Assembly: GCA_964057225.1 (NCBI GenBank)
Contig: OZ059896.1
Coordinates: 17,608,001 to 17,672,000 of the forward strand
Direction of reading: 5' to 3'
Length of the DNA: 64,000 bases
DNA from: Auanema rhodensis
Lineage: Eukaryota > Animalia > Nematoda
This document shows positions 25,738 through 47,539 of the stretch, one piece after another (position 1 is the first letter of the stretch; every line of letters begins with the position of its first letter). Both the position numbers and the translations under genes were made by a program. The notes below the pieces were generated by a model that saw nothing but the letters and a program-made list of their open reading frames with translations, had not been told where the DNA came from and did not search any database.

Positions 25738-26016
25738 GTTGTTCAAATGATTTTTGAAGAAAGAATATAGAAAGAGTTCCGAAAACTCGGGGTTTTGAAG
25801 CGATTAAAAGCAAACTGTCCGTTTTATATAATAAAACCAGGATGGGGCGGAGCTTGAACTTCGATTTTTTGATCGCAAATCGTATCGTTTTAAGATTATG
25901 TTTATTCTATTTTATAATATTTTATTAGAAATATAGTACTAAATTAATATTTTTCTTTAATAATTATTAGAAAATATTTTTTTATATGAATAAACACATT
26001 GAGAAACACTGGTACA
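25462..26016 (-). repeat. Right arm of a 555-bp inverted repeat
   Basis: Reverse complement of 21112-21666; the spacer between the arms is 3795 bp. Confidence 0.97.
25822..25852 (-). promoter_or_regulatory. GC box plus TATA box upstream of microprotein copy B
   Basis: Mirror copy of 21276-21306 within the inverted repeat. Confidence 0.6.
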
Positions 26017-27399
26017 CGAGTCTAGTGTATATAAACACCCCCCGTCATCTATCGGATGCTACTCTTGTGCTATCTTGTTCGATTTAAATAAAAACACCTT
26101 TAAATATTCAAATATTTACTAAAAAAAAGACCATTAGGCAGAAACAAAGCAAACTTATAATACTGTTTCTTCATCGTCAATGAAATAACAAATCTAAATC
26201 AATTAAATTCTGATAAAACTATTTTAGAAATCCGCATATAAGAGAGGAAATCATAAATAATTTTCATACACTTGGTGGCTAAATGACATCGTCTGTTGAA
26301 ATAAAATAGAAGCCTAATGGTCAAGATGGATATTATCCCTCTAAGGAATAAACAAAGCCATGATAAAGAGATAGATTTAGAGACAGGGAGAAGGAGAAGA
26401 AAATAGTAAAGAAGTAGAAGGGGGAACGGAAAATGTTAACGAGCAAAACTTAGAAAGTTTTTCAACTTAAAAAGTAAAGTGCTCAATCAATCTATAATAA
26501 GAAAGAATTTATATCTATTTATGCATTGTTTTTTGAAAACGTTTCAACTTTTTTTCGAAACAACGAAAAATGACATCATCATCAAATAGATAAAGATGCA
26601 ATTTTGGTTCAATAGACGATTCAGCCATTTTGAAAACGAAATTTCAAATTCAATGACCAATGCATTCTATAGAACCTTTGAAGATAGGAAAAAAAATGAA
26701 AATGAGAAAAGCTAGACGTATTTTCACACCAAATCTGCTACCAGTTAATACTAGACCAGCAAAGCCAGCTCAGGGAAGCGAAGTAAACGAGCAAAAAGGC
26801 GGTAAAAGCTTTCTTAGAAGAAAAAATAAAAAAAATTCAATTGTTTAAGATGTATTCTTCAAAATGAAATGCATAAACTCTTATAAGATTGATTGATTTC
26901 AGAACAAAATAAACTAAATATAAAATATTTTAAAGCTATCAGAAAGACACGTGACAGTAAGTGTGTCTAACTACTGATGCATATCTAGATTCTGGGATTT
27001 TTCCCTACTTCTTGGGTAATGGGGGACAATAAAATTGAGAAGCACATAAAAGGCGACAATATGCGATACGTGAACACATTAAGCATAACAATTATGAAAC
27101 GGTTAGAGGCTAAATGATACAACAAATTAGTTTTAAAATTATTAGCTGTTTCAATTGGTTAGAGAGCGAGAGAGAGAGATAAAGGAGATGGAGAGAGAAC
27201 CTTAGAAGTCAATGTATAATCAAGAAATTATGCAAAAAATGAATTTTAAGACAGCGAATGAATTAGCACAGTATATAGCAATGAAAACAAACATTTTTAG
27301 TATATCAATAAAACTAAAATCATTCTATGATGAAGTGCATCATGATACATCCTTCTACATCAGATTCATCCATTATTCATAGAAGACTTTTAACCGAAT

Positions 27400-27615
27400 T
27401 TACTTATTGTCCTTAATGTTTCCACGGGATAATGAACGAGCTAGAATAGAAACTTGTTACAACCTCTCTTCATTAATAACTTATTTACCTCGTCCTTCAG
27501 CTTCAACTTGAAGTCTAAGCTGACGGCTAATTTCACGAAGTCGAGCAGCTGACTGTCCTGTCAAACTTGGCTCTCGTCTATCGAGTCCAGCTTGGAAAGC
27601 TTTTACAACTCGAAT
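27400..27615 (-). CDS. mca-3: PMCA distal alternative C-terminus (exons 27615-27489 and 27440-27400)
   Basis: TTCCAG acceptor, then IRVVKAFQAGLDRREPSLTGQSAARLREISRQLRLQVEAEGR, a 48-nt intron and ARSLSRGNIKDNK*. Phase 0, compatible with the LQTQ| donor at 32164. Confidence 0.88.
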
Positions 27616-28611
27616 CTGGAAAAAAGTGATACTGAAAGCGCTCAACGCGTGACACACACAAGGCATATTCAACTAGTAACACAACAAAGCAGCAGATTCA
27701 TGTTATATAAAACCTGCAGAACAGAATTGCTAGCATTCAAACTTATTACATTGATTCAATTTTTCTAAGAAATTCTTTAAAACAGTTACTACAAGCACAA
27801 GAAAATAAATATTTCTACCATTACAGACAACGAAAACGAGCTAAATTTGATCGTACACAAACTTTTTGTCCTGTTTGAACAGAAATAAAAATTTTTAAAT
27901 TTCAAAGTTTTTCCAAATGTTCGACCGCTTAGATCATTTGGTACGATTCGGTATGATTAAATTTTGATAACGATGAATGCAATGTAGAAATATGATGGCA
28001 ATTCCGTTCAGCGAAGTTAGTTTCTCAGCAATCAGATGCAGATTTTGGACAAAAACGAAGTAATATATACGAATGTTTCATAATTCTCTGATTGAAGCGG
28101 TTGAATCAGTTGTTGTCACTGTGTTTGTATCCATCTATGAAGAACAATAACAAGAACAAGAAGGAGTAGAAGTAGAAGTAGAAGAAACGGTATCGGAACT
28201 TCGTAGAAAACTCAAATCACATAGTGCGTACAACCATAGATACTAGTAAGTCACTTGTTAAAAGCAAATAATTCATGTTTTAAAAAAACATAGAAAGCGA
28301 AATAATGAAGCCTCAAAAAAGTAGAAGGCTTTCCAACAAAGTTGCATATAAGATGTAACTTTCTGGTCTAAAATAATACAAGACTCTAGACAGCCTTGAA
28401 TAGAAGAAACAACATGCGCATGAGATGTAAAGCTCATTTTCACAAACAGAAAATAATAGACACACATACACACTGCACAGGCACAACAGACACACTATCC
28501 ATATTCGGTAGTCAACTACTCATTCTCAAGTTTCAGATTAACAATTCAAAAACTCAGTGTGGAAACTTTCAGATGAGAAGTTGGCCACTTTATCTGGAAA
28601 AACTCGCTTAC

Positions 28612-28680
28612 AGCCTGGTCAGTAGGGGCGCTGCTCAGTGGAACAGGAATTAAATGATCAGATCGTTCTCCGCCAATCAC
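28612..28680 (-). CDS. mca-3: PMCA 69-nt cassette exon VIGGERSDHLIPVPLSSAPTDQA
   Basis: TTATAG acceptor, GTAAGC donor, symmetric phase 0, 23 open codons. Matches my recollection of a C. elegans MCA-3 isoform insert. Confidence 0.8.
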
Positions 28681-29887
28681 CTATAACCAACCAGGACCGC
28701 ATAAACGAAATTATACATAACATGATAGGTGATGCCAAAATCAAGCATCAATAGATCTTATTTTACCTAGCCCATTTCAAAGAGCAAATTTTATAAATCA
28801 TTCTTTACATTCGAATTTAAGCTTGTGTTGTTTGAGTGTTCTCCCAATATCATAACGTACATTGAACAAATAGGAATTAAGTGTCATAATAGCGTTTTCT
28901 AATATGATTTTCATCGCATTTTCAACAAAACCTTCAACTGCAGGCTTGGACACACTTATAGGACACGATTGGTGCTTGGAAGGAAGTTGACGATGTGATT
29001 ATTATTTTGAACCAATGAATTACAACAAAGGGACACAAGAGGGAACACAGTCCAGAAATTAGAAGAAGAGACATGAAAATCATAATAATACCATTTATTT
29101 GGTAACAGGTTACAAAAATAGAAAATATTACCTCACGCATCATAACCAATACGAAAACTACTTAAACAAACAATAAGATTTTGAAAGTACATTGTCATGA
29201 AATTAAATAATTAAATAATGTGCTAACATAATGTAAGCTAGATTTTCCCCAAGGGAATAAAAAAACGCGCGTGTGAAATATAACAATCCTCTTCATAAAG
29301 AAAGGCCAAAACATTAGAGGAAAGAGTGTTTCTGCCTTAAATTTACTAACAAAATATAGAGAAGAGTTTGGCAGTATTCAAGGAATACAGGGTTAAGTAA
29401 TCCTGGTAGAAAAAAGAGAACTATAAGTTAAAACAAAATAAAGAAACTATAGTGCTGTTCTGAAAGGGTTCTTGAGGAGGCTTGATGAGGGCAGAAGGGG
29501 CATTAAATGAACAAAACATAAATAGATCTGTTTCTCTGTACATCTTTTTTTATCTAAAAGACTAAAAGACTTATTGAGCTATGCACTACACACCGATCAA
29601 AAACACGCTATAATGGTTTGAGGCAAACGATGAGAAATTTCTGTCAAGCTATCAAAAGCAGTTTGCCTAAACCTTTTACATTCTGACAACCGGGACTTAA
29701 AATAAACAAAAAAGGCAATGGAGTTTTTGAATACAAATTCTCTTACAGAAAGAAATCCCATATTTCTAATTTTTCTGACACTGACTGAATATCAGCAGAT
29801 AAATATCTGAAGGTTTTGGGACACATCTGCTATCTTCTATATCTATAGGGCTATTTTTAAAAATATGTACCACATACAGAAAAAGGA

Positions 29888-38805
<8,918 letters not shown>

Positions 38806-38853
38806 TATGCTGAAAAACAAAAAATTATAAAAGTCACATACATGCTAGCTCAC

Positions 38854-38980
38854 CTGATGGTTGAGCAACAAGGCTCTGGTCTTTCTCACTCAGGTTTTGA
38901 GATGCCACTCAGTACAATTAATAATCAATTTAAGCTGTTACTAAGCGAACACCGTCCTTCTCATGCCCCGTAGGTTGTAC
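38854..38980 (-). other. Probable non-coding 5' UTR exon of PMCA containing a 7-codon uORF
   Basis: TTTTTTAG acceptor at 38981, CAG|GTGAGC donor, 44-nt intron to 38809; contains ATG AGA AGG ACG GTG TTC GCT TAG. Confidence 0.45.
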
Positions 38981-41900
38981 CTAAAAAAATACAGCCCTTG
39001 AAAATTAAAATGTATCATACATAAACGAATGCGATTAAACGAAAAATGCGGAGTCAAATAGTTGTGCGAATTTTCTCGCAATAATAGCAAATAGATAAAA
39101 GACGGATATTCTAAACTTCAAACATGCTGTCAGGATAAGGAACAACTAACTGTTGACGAAATAATGATGAAAATTGCGAGATGATTAAAAGAATATAGAA
39201 ACTCAAATGTCACAAAGACAACGCTTCGGTAAGACGGCAGAACTGGGAATATTACTGCTTACCATTATTTCGGAAGTCAGATGAAGAAGAGAAGAGATAG
39301 AATGTGGAAAGAAAAGGGCCGAAAAGCTAGACGAAGGAGCGAGAGAGTGGGCTGGGAGTTTAAAGCAGATGAAACACTTAAATGGCTCGATTTATCGATC
39401 TTCATAAGACGATGTCTCATTGACTGGTTAAGATTTATTTTGTTTACATGGAGTTGTAGAAAAAGTAATAAAATCAGTGAAAACAGCTGGTAGGTAACAG
39501 GCTGAGCGACTGAACCTTGAAAACAAGGATTCATATATTTCAAAAAGCAGCCAATCTAACGAGTGAGCATTTTCACATGCCACATATGGCAAAACCCAAT
39601 CATGCAAATATTCAGCACGCATACGGCGCCTAGCGACGGATCTCGACTTTTTCGAAGATAATGAGAAAGATTTGCTAGGAAAAGATAGACAGCAGGGAGA
39701 TGTCTATCAAATAGACAACAAGGATACTTTACAACAGCTAGTTGTGCACACTTCCGTTAGCCACAATTCTTCACAAGTTCTTGTAACTTATGTAAAAAGA
39801 AGAAGGTTCAAAGTAAAATTATTTGAACTATCTCCTCGACACTATCTTGGCATGACAGACGTTGCTGATTGATGGCTTAAAATCAACGAGAAACGGCCTA
39901 TTAAATTCGAAATGCAAACATCTTACAAAAACGCAAAATGATTTTAATTCATTTGATCTAAGAAAAATTATAAGGTGATTCTTATAATCAATGTACATTT
40001 ATCTTCCAAGAGGTTCTGCTTAACTAAGGGCAATGCTCTCTATTAATGTATTAAGGCATTGAACAACGTGGAGGAGAACAATGAGATTAAAATACTGAAC
40101 AGAAACTTTGAGATTGTTGAACACAAACCAGCTTTGAAAACAATATCAAGTGGTACGCAACGAGTGCCTTCTAAATTGTTGTTGACCAGAGAAATATGAA
40201 AACTAGTCGATAACCATTAAACATAGATATAGTTCTGTAGAGAAATATAAACTCTTGAATGAAATAGATACTGAGAGATCTGGCGGGGCGGAGGGTGGTG
40301 GTGGCGCGAGGAAAGAATGTAAGGGCGTTGATAGAGACACTGAGCGAGTCGAGTTCATTCAAACAAGTCATAATACTACCGAATTATAATAACTCGGAGG
40401 GTGACTATTTTTTTCATTCAAAATCGGCTAATAGACGGTTTATGCAAACATTTTGAGGGTGGATTATACAGCAGCATGACTAACGAATAATAATAACCTG
40501 CAAAATGATTAGACTAACAGAAGGCTTCCTCTATAACAGAGCGGTGATTATTTGGTTTGAACTAGTCATAAGTAAGACAAATGTGTAAGCATAAGCCAAG
40601 AAAGTGTACAAGCAAATAACAGGACATTAACTATATCGCAAGCGGTCATCACCAAAAGGATAGCACTTGACGTTTAAGAGCAAGCTAAGGATCCTCCTGT
40701 GATATGACAGACTTGGAGATGATAGTAGACATTTTGATCGAAATACAGACAATCGATAAAATAAACTACAGAAAAAAAATATATTGGTGTAATCATCAGA
40801 ATTCATAAAACAACTTGAAAGTGAGTATTGAACACAAAATAAACAGAAAATGTCATGTTAGAGCATTTACCGAAATAAATTTTTTATAAAATATCTTCGT
40901 AGTGTAGAATCATCAAATAAAATAAATTTAGAATTATCAGTAGATTGAGAAGAACTAAACAATAGTAAGAAAGCAAAAATACTGGAAGGGAAAGTAAAAG
41001 AAGCAAGAATAAGACGAAAGGAGTGCCGTTAGCCAGCATATCGATCGTCGGAACAGGCGCGCCTGCCTGCCAGCCGCTCTGCCAATCCACCCTGCCTCGT
41101 TTTTTACCAACACAGGGAGAATTTTAAACGAGATGGGAAATAAAAAACGAAGAAAACAGCGCAACTCTTTGACAAAGTTCTATTTTTACTCGGACATTGA
41201 GTAAATAAATGATACAGGAGAAGTTGACGGACGATCCCTCACGTTCAATCGAGATAATATGAATCTTGTATGAAAAATGCAGTTATAGTGGTCATGATAT
41301 TAGTCAGCGAGCAAGACGTAACCCTCAGCAGTAACCAACGCACAGGACTATGGCAAGCGAAATTAATGCAAGACTACTGAGCGGGGATGGCAAATTGCAA
41401 TGTGTGTGTGGCCATATACGTATCTACCGGATACATACAGCATGATTGTTTTAAAACGGCAAAAACAACCGATCATTATCAAGAAAGCACAAGAAATGAA
41501 AAATGGAAAAATTGAAAAGCACGACTAGATAACACCAGTGATGTTAGGAGAGACGATTGTTGTTTTTTTTTTTTCGAAAAGTGACCCTGTTTTACCAATT
41601 CGAATTAGAGCGCACTTATTATAATCATGAAAAAGGATTGTTAACCTCGTAACGTGGGAATTTCATCCCATTCGAAGGCGGAACATATGAAGCACACAGT
41701 TTACTTAGCACAAAATCAATATTCACACTCGAATGGGAATTAAGCTGTAGTGAAATCAAATTGATAATAAATTGGTATATTATTAATAATCAAAAAAGTG
41801 AATGTATGTATAGATAAGGTCGAGAATAAGTAAATTGGAGCAGCTCTTAAACAGTTTTCGAGAAGTTTCCTTAACCATTAAAAGACTGAATGCTTCAGTT

Positions 41901-43628
41901 TTTGTTCAAAAGTTGTGATTACTTTCTTTTAGTATGATTTCATAGGATGATTAAATGAGAGAAATTATAAAGCATATTTTCTAACTAGTACATCATTTCT
42001 GAACATATTCTTGTAGAAAATAATAAACCAATGTCTCGTTGTTTTCAGCTCAACTGCTTTCTATTTTATGCCACCAGATGCTAAGATGAGTTTTATTCAT
42101 CATATCCGCTAATCTATGTATTAAGGCGTAGTTTAAGACTATTATATATCTGGAAAAGTATTGTTTTACAAGTTTCCTTGCTTTTATGTATATAAAAATT
42201 GCTATATGAACAGAAAAAAAGATGTAAGATTGATTTGGTAAGAAAAATAAAAAATGAAAAAAAAAAATTTTCCCATTAAGAGTTTGACATTATTGTTTTC
42301 ATTTATATTTTCAAAAGAATCGAAATCTCGAAATATTTATCGAGGCAAACCAGAAAAATAGTTCTGCGTCTGTTACGCGAAAACCTTGCGTAAGTCTATT
42401 AGTTGCAGAGAGAAATAGACAATTGTAGTATCTACTAGTATTTTATTGAAATATTTATAAATAATCATTCGCTATATTATGTAATTATTAATGGACATGT
42501 GTGTACTTGTTCGAACCATTAGTTTATCTCATATGTAATGACATCATAAGAGGTGGTACATTGGCCTAGGTATTGACTCTCTCATTTTCAACGTTTTCTT
42601 CATCTTTTTCCTTATTCTTATTTCAGGCTGTTTCATCTTTTCCTCTCACACTAACACACATAACAATTCGAAATGAATAACGGAAAAAGTATTAGTCAAG
42701 AAGAGAAAAAAAATGAGAGAGGAAGATAAATCGAGAGGAAGACTAAGAAGAAGCGAGAACATGAACCGGTTACAAATTTGAACGGTGTCTTTTTTCCAGA
42801 AAAAAAAGAAAACAAGAATATGCTATGATACTCATTAACTACTTTATACTTGCAAATTTTTATATTCATATGCACCAGATAGCTGAACAGACGGAAATGC
42901 TTTTCATTATTTTTGCTAGTGCTCGTCACCCTTGTACATCTTCATCTTACTCTCTCTCCTGTCTTCTCTTCACTGCCTTCATATCTATTCCATTTCCTCC
43001 CCCCTCATTTTTTTATTATCTCTTCTCCTTTCTACCTTTTTCCGCTTCATCTTTCTCGTTTTCTCTCCATCTCTCCCTTTGTGCATTTTTTATTTCTCAC
43101 ACTGTCTCCCCCCCTCTCTGCCGGAGGAGAGTGTGCACGACCAACATCAATTGGCGACAAGCCAGATAAATACCGATAATTTTGGCTTGAAAGCGATACA
43201 AACTAGACTAGATGACAATAAACAATTTGCTCTTCTTTTTTTTTTGGGAATATTCGTTGTGCGTTAGCTGGGGCCAAAGAAGCGTTTAACGGCTATTTCG
43301 GCTTAATTACTTTTTCTTTTGTTTCGGAAAAAATCGAAAAATGTAAGCGAGAAAAGTCAAACAACACTCACTTAGATCGTATATATATACATACATATAC
43401 ATGTATATAAATAAGAAAAATATGTACATCTTATGATTACGAAAATGAGAGCTTGAGAGGAAAAAAGTGGAAATTGGAAATGCAAGTCCTCGAGAAACTG
43501 CTTGAAAAGCTGTGTTAATCGAATAAACGTATTATTAATTGCTGCGATTAATAGTCATATCAAGAATAAAAATGTATGAAAAATATCAAAAGAGAAGATA
43601 AAACTAAAATCTAAGTTAGAAATGAAAC

Positions 43629-44859
43629 CTTATTATATTTGCAAAATCTTGTTCGATGAAGGAATTATCGTTGAGAAGATCTGATTCCACTGAAAAAAAA
43701 TTGAGTTGCTGATGTAAGACGACCACGACTACGAACAACAAAAAGCAAAAAAGTAAAATTAATAGTAAAAATTAAACAAAATATAATAATAGGCGAGAAA
43801 AAAGTTTGAGCGCTTTTCAGGTAATACACATGAAATTAAATCAGCCTGGGAAAAAGGCTATTCAGAAGCAAAGTGGATGTGAATGAGAGAAGGTTGGAAA
43901 GAGAAGACTTGACGAATATCAAAGAAAAAAAAAGATTATTTAAGTAACATTGAAATGAATAACAGTGAATCGAGTGATAGAATGAGACGAAATAGCATGA
44001 CGAGCTTAAAGATATAGAGCGGAAAAGATATTGAGTAGATAATAATAGAAATAAACAGGGATTGAGAAAACGAAAGTTCAAGAAAAAACAAGAGAAACAG
44101 ATCTGAGAAGGGGAGAAAAAGAAGAAGAACAAGAGTCAAAGCATAACTGAAGTTGTTGAAAGTAAAGTAAAAACTAATTTTTCTATTTTTAATTTCAAAT
44201 ATTTACTATAAAATAGAATGAATCATCGTAAAAGCAGACAATGGTGAATTAGCTGAACATTAAAAAAGACTCCAAGCAAGAAGAATGATGAATTACCATG
44301 TGCGAACACATAAATCACAACCGAAATGCAAAGAAAAACCATTTTTTTTCAACTTTCCATCTATTTTGCCAATGCAGTAAGTCCAGAATATAGAATATAG
44401 CATTATTCTCTTACTCTTTCTTCTTTTTCTGACCGAATTCTTAGATGATTTGTGTTTTTCTTGTCATAGTGATCATGAATGATCGAAATGTAAGAATGCT
44501 TCTACATGAATACTGAAGGTATCATTGAAATAGCTTTCAAACCATTAGATTAAGAAAAAAATGAAAATTCTAAGAGTAAGAGAGCAAGAGAGAGATAGAA
44601 TGGAAAAGAGAGAGAGAGGGAGAGAGGACTACGTGTCGTAGTAGATATTAATGGGAAAAAGAAAAAAGTAGATATTATATAAGAAGGAAAAGAAGACGAA
44701 TACGACGTCGACGATGGCGTCGACGAAAAAGAAGAAAAAGAAGATGAGAAATTAGAGTCGGTGACTGCAAAATGTGCTCGTTACAGACCTTTTCTTCTTC
44801 TTCTCCTTCATCGTCTTTCATCTTCTTCTCCTTTTCGCTAACTTACCCTCAGTATCCAT
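43629..44859 (-). CDS. Putative upstream coding exons of PMCA (44859-44847 and 43689-43629) adding a 26-aa N-terminal extension
   Basis: ATGGATACTGAGG|GTAAGT and TTTTTTTTCAG|61 nt|GTTTCA join in frame to the acceptor at 38809, giving MDTEVESDLLNDNSFIEQDFANIISI-MAEYG. Confidence 0.5.
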
Positions 44860-47495
44860 ATGAGCTCTGAATGTTCTCGAATGATATTAAGTAATTGGTT
44901 GCTTCGCGAAAAATTCTCATAAACTTTCAGGAAAAGAATTAATTTTTTTAGATTGTAAAAGTCAATAAAACATGGTATATGGCTGTGTATCATGTACTCA
45001 AATCGGTTTGCATTTCCCTTCAATCTTGTCGACGCTTCGTTCAACTTTTTTTTGTCTGATTGCTTGTTCAGGCATTTTCTATACTTTTCTTCTTTCGCTT
45101 CGGCTTATACAGAGAAATTCAGAAAAAAACTTAGAAATTTCTAGTAATCAAGAAATTAGGTTTAGCTAGAATTCATGTAAATTTATAAATATAAATATAT
45201 TATATATTATAGACCAAAAAAATAGAGAGGACGCTCGAAAAGAATATATGAGATCATTGTTTGGGCTTTTCATGAAATGTTAGAAGAAGTTTTTTGATTT
45301 ATAAGGAAATTTTCAGAACAGCTACTAGTGATTTTCTCACAGTTGTTCATATAAAACAGTCTCACACATTAATTATTTTTGTTTATTCATGATTATAAAG
45401 GAATGATGATGAAGTAATGAGAGATATTCATATATGCACATGCATGTACGGCTTATGTAGGTGTAGTAAAGATGATATTCGTGAAACAACGATGGAATAA
45501 TGAAAAAAGAAAAAAAGGCTAACATGAGTTGAAATGGAGACAAAGACATACATGCATCCAACCATTTTCTGAACCAGATGAAAGGCATAGCAAAGTCCTT
45601 CCCACAAGATCTATAGGATTAATTTGCAGAATAAGAATAATAACAACAAAAAGTTTTTTCTTCGTTGATGCGACCTGTTGTGAATACTGGACGAGTTAAT
45701 CAATTAGATATCTTAAGAGACTACTTAATGGGAATTAGCATTCCGAATCGAAAAAAAACCGTTGACGTCAATCTTAAAATTTGCCTTCAAAGTTCCTGGT
45801 ATTCGCCAACATTGTGGTCTCGAACTGAACAAAACGAATTGCTTTTCGTTATGTTTGTACTTAGCGCACAAATTCTGAAGCAGTAATCGTTCTAGGAAGC
45901 ACGATGAGTCGTCGTCGTTCTGCATGTTGTCGCAGCCGTTGTCCATTGCGGATAACACAACAACGACGATACTTTTCAATTCTTTAACAAGCTGCCGGTC
46001 CTAACACGAATTATGAGGGTTCATGAAGACAACCTCCGCTTCGGCAACCTCTGTTTTTTTAAGTATTCGACAAAGTTTTTTTCCGGCATTGTGGATGAAT
46101 TATGTGTGTTCAATTTTATTTTAATGAGCAGTTTCAGAAACAAAATCATTGAACAAACTTTCAAGTATAGCGAAGCTATTTTAATTGATAGTTAAGCATA
46201 AATTAGTGAAGTATCAATAAATAATTAAAGTTTGAACAGAATATCAGAATTCTGCACTAAAACCTCGCTTGAAGAGGTGCAATTGTGCTGCGTCGGCAAT
46301 GTAGTTGGGAAGAATGAACAGCGCGAGGATAACGCTAGCCGAAAAGGCGGTCAGAATGAGGTAAATGGAAAAGAAGAAGTTTTGAAGCTTTGAGACTGAT
46401 TGGAAATTGGATAAATTCAGACGAAAAGTCGAAGAAAGAAAAAGGGAAGATGGAGCAATGGAAAAAGAGAAGACGAGAGAAGGGAGAGAAAGGGGGACAA
46501 AACGTAAAAGAGTGAATATTGCTAGAGAAATGTGAGAAATAGACGAGGAAGATTAGGAAAGGAACAGAAGCATAGCGGGAAAGATGAGGATGGAAAGAGG
46601 ATCAGGTGGATAAAGAGGGAGCCAGATGAAGAGAAAAAAGAGAGAGGGAACGACAGAGAGAAAGAGAAAGAGTAAGTGAGAGAAGGAATTTATTTTTCTA
46701 AATAAAGGGATGAAATTTATGATACAAATAGCAGAAAATGACAAGATAACCGTTCATCAAAGTTACATGCACATGTAAATGAATAATACATATTATATTC
46801 ACGTATTTTTGGCGGGAAATATACTATATGAGACAAAAACTAGAAGATAAATGAAATAATAGTAAAGATAAAGGTAATAATAGATTTGTGAGCAGTTTGC
46901 CATTCTTATTCCCTTTCTTCACCTTTCAATACATTTCTTTATTCCCATATCTCATCTTTTTTTTTGAATTACAAACTCTTTGTTGCATATGATACTTGGA
47001 TAAGAATCATATAATTTATAAAAAAATACAAAACTGATTGAAGAATTATTAGTTCTTGAGGAAGATCAATCTGGATATGAAATTGTTACGCTCAAATCGC
47101 TGTATGAACAGCATGGCTCGGAGTCTTTTTCAGCATAAGTTTCTGTGCAATGTTGTGAAGTAAAATGTATGAAAGTAGTTGTTTTTACGAAGTGAATCAT
47201 ATATAATTATAGAATGACTATGAAACTGAAAATGTGATCCAGATGACTTTCCATTTAGAATCAATTATTTATATGAACCATGCACAAACTACTAGCTTCT
47301 ATTGGTCTCACTGAGAGAAAACGAAGTTGATTTTAGCCACATATGGAAATCAACAGATGAAATTTCAGAGGGTCTAGTGAGGAACATAGTGAAAATGAGA
47401 GGAACAGAATGATAGGGAGTTGGAAAGAAAAAATGGGAGAGAGAGAAATAGTAAGAGAAGTTGACGAAGAAAAAAAATGAAACAAAGAGAGGGGA

Positions 47496-47497
<2 letters not shown>

Positions 47498-47537
<40 letters not shown>
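47498..47537. repeat. (AG)n microsatellite
   Basis: Pure AG run. Confidence 0.9.
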
Positions 47538-47539
<2 letters not shown>

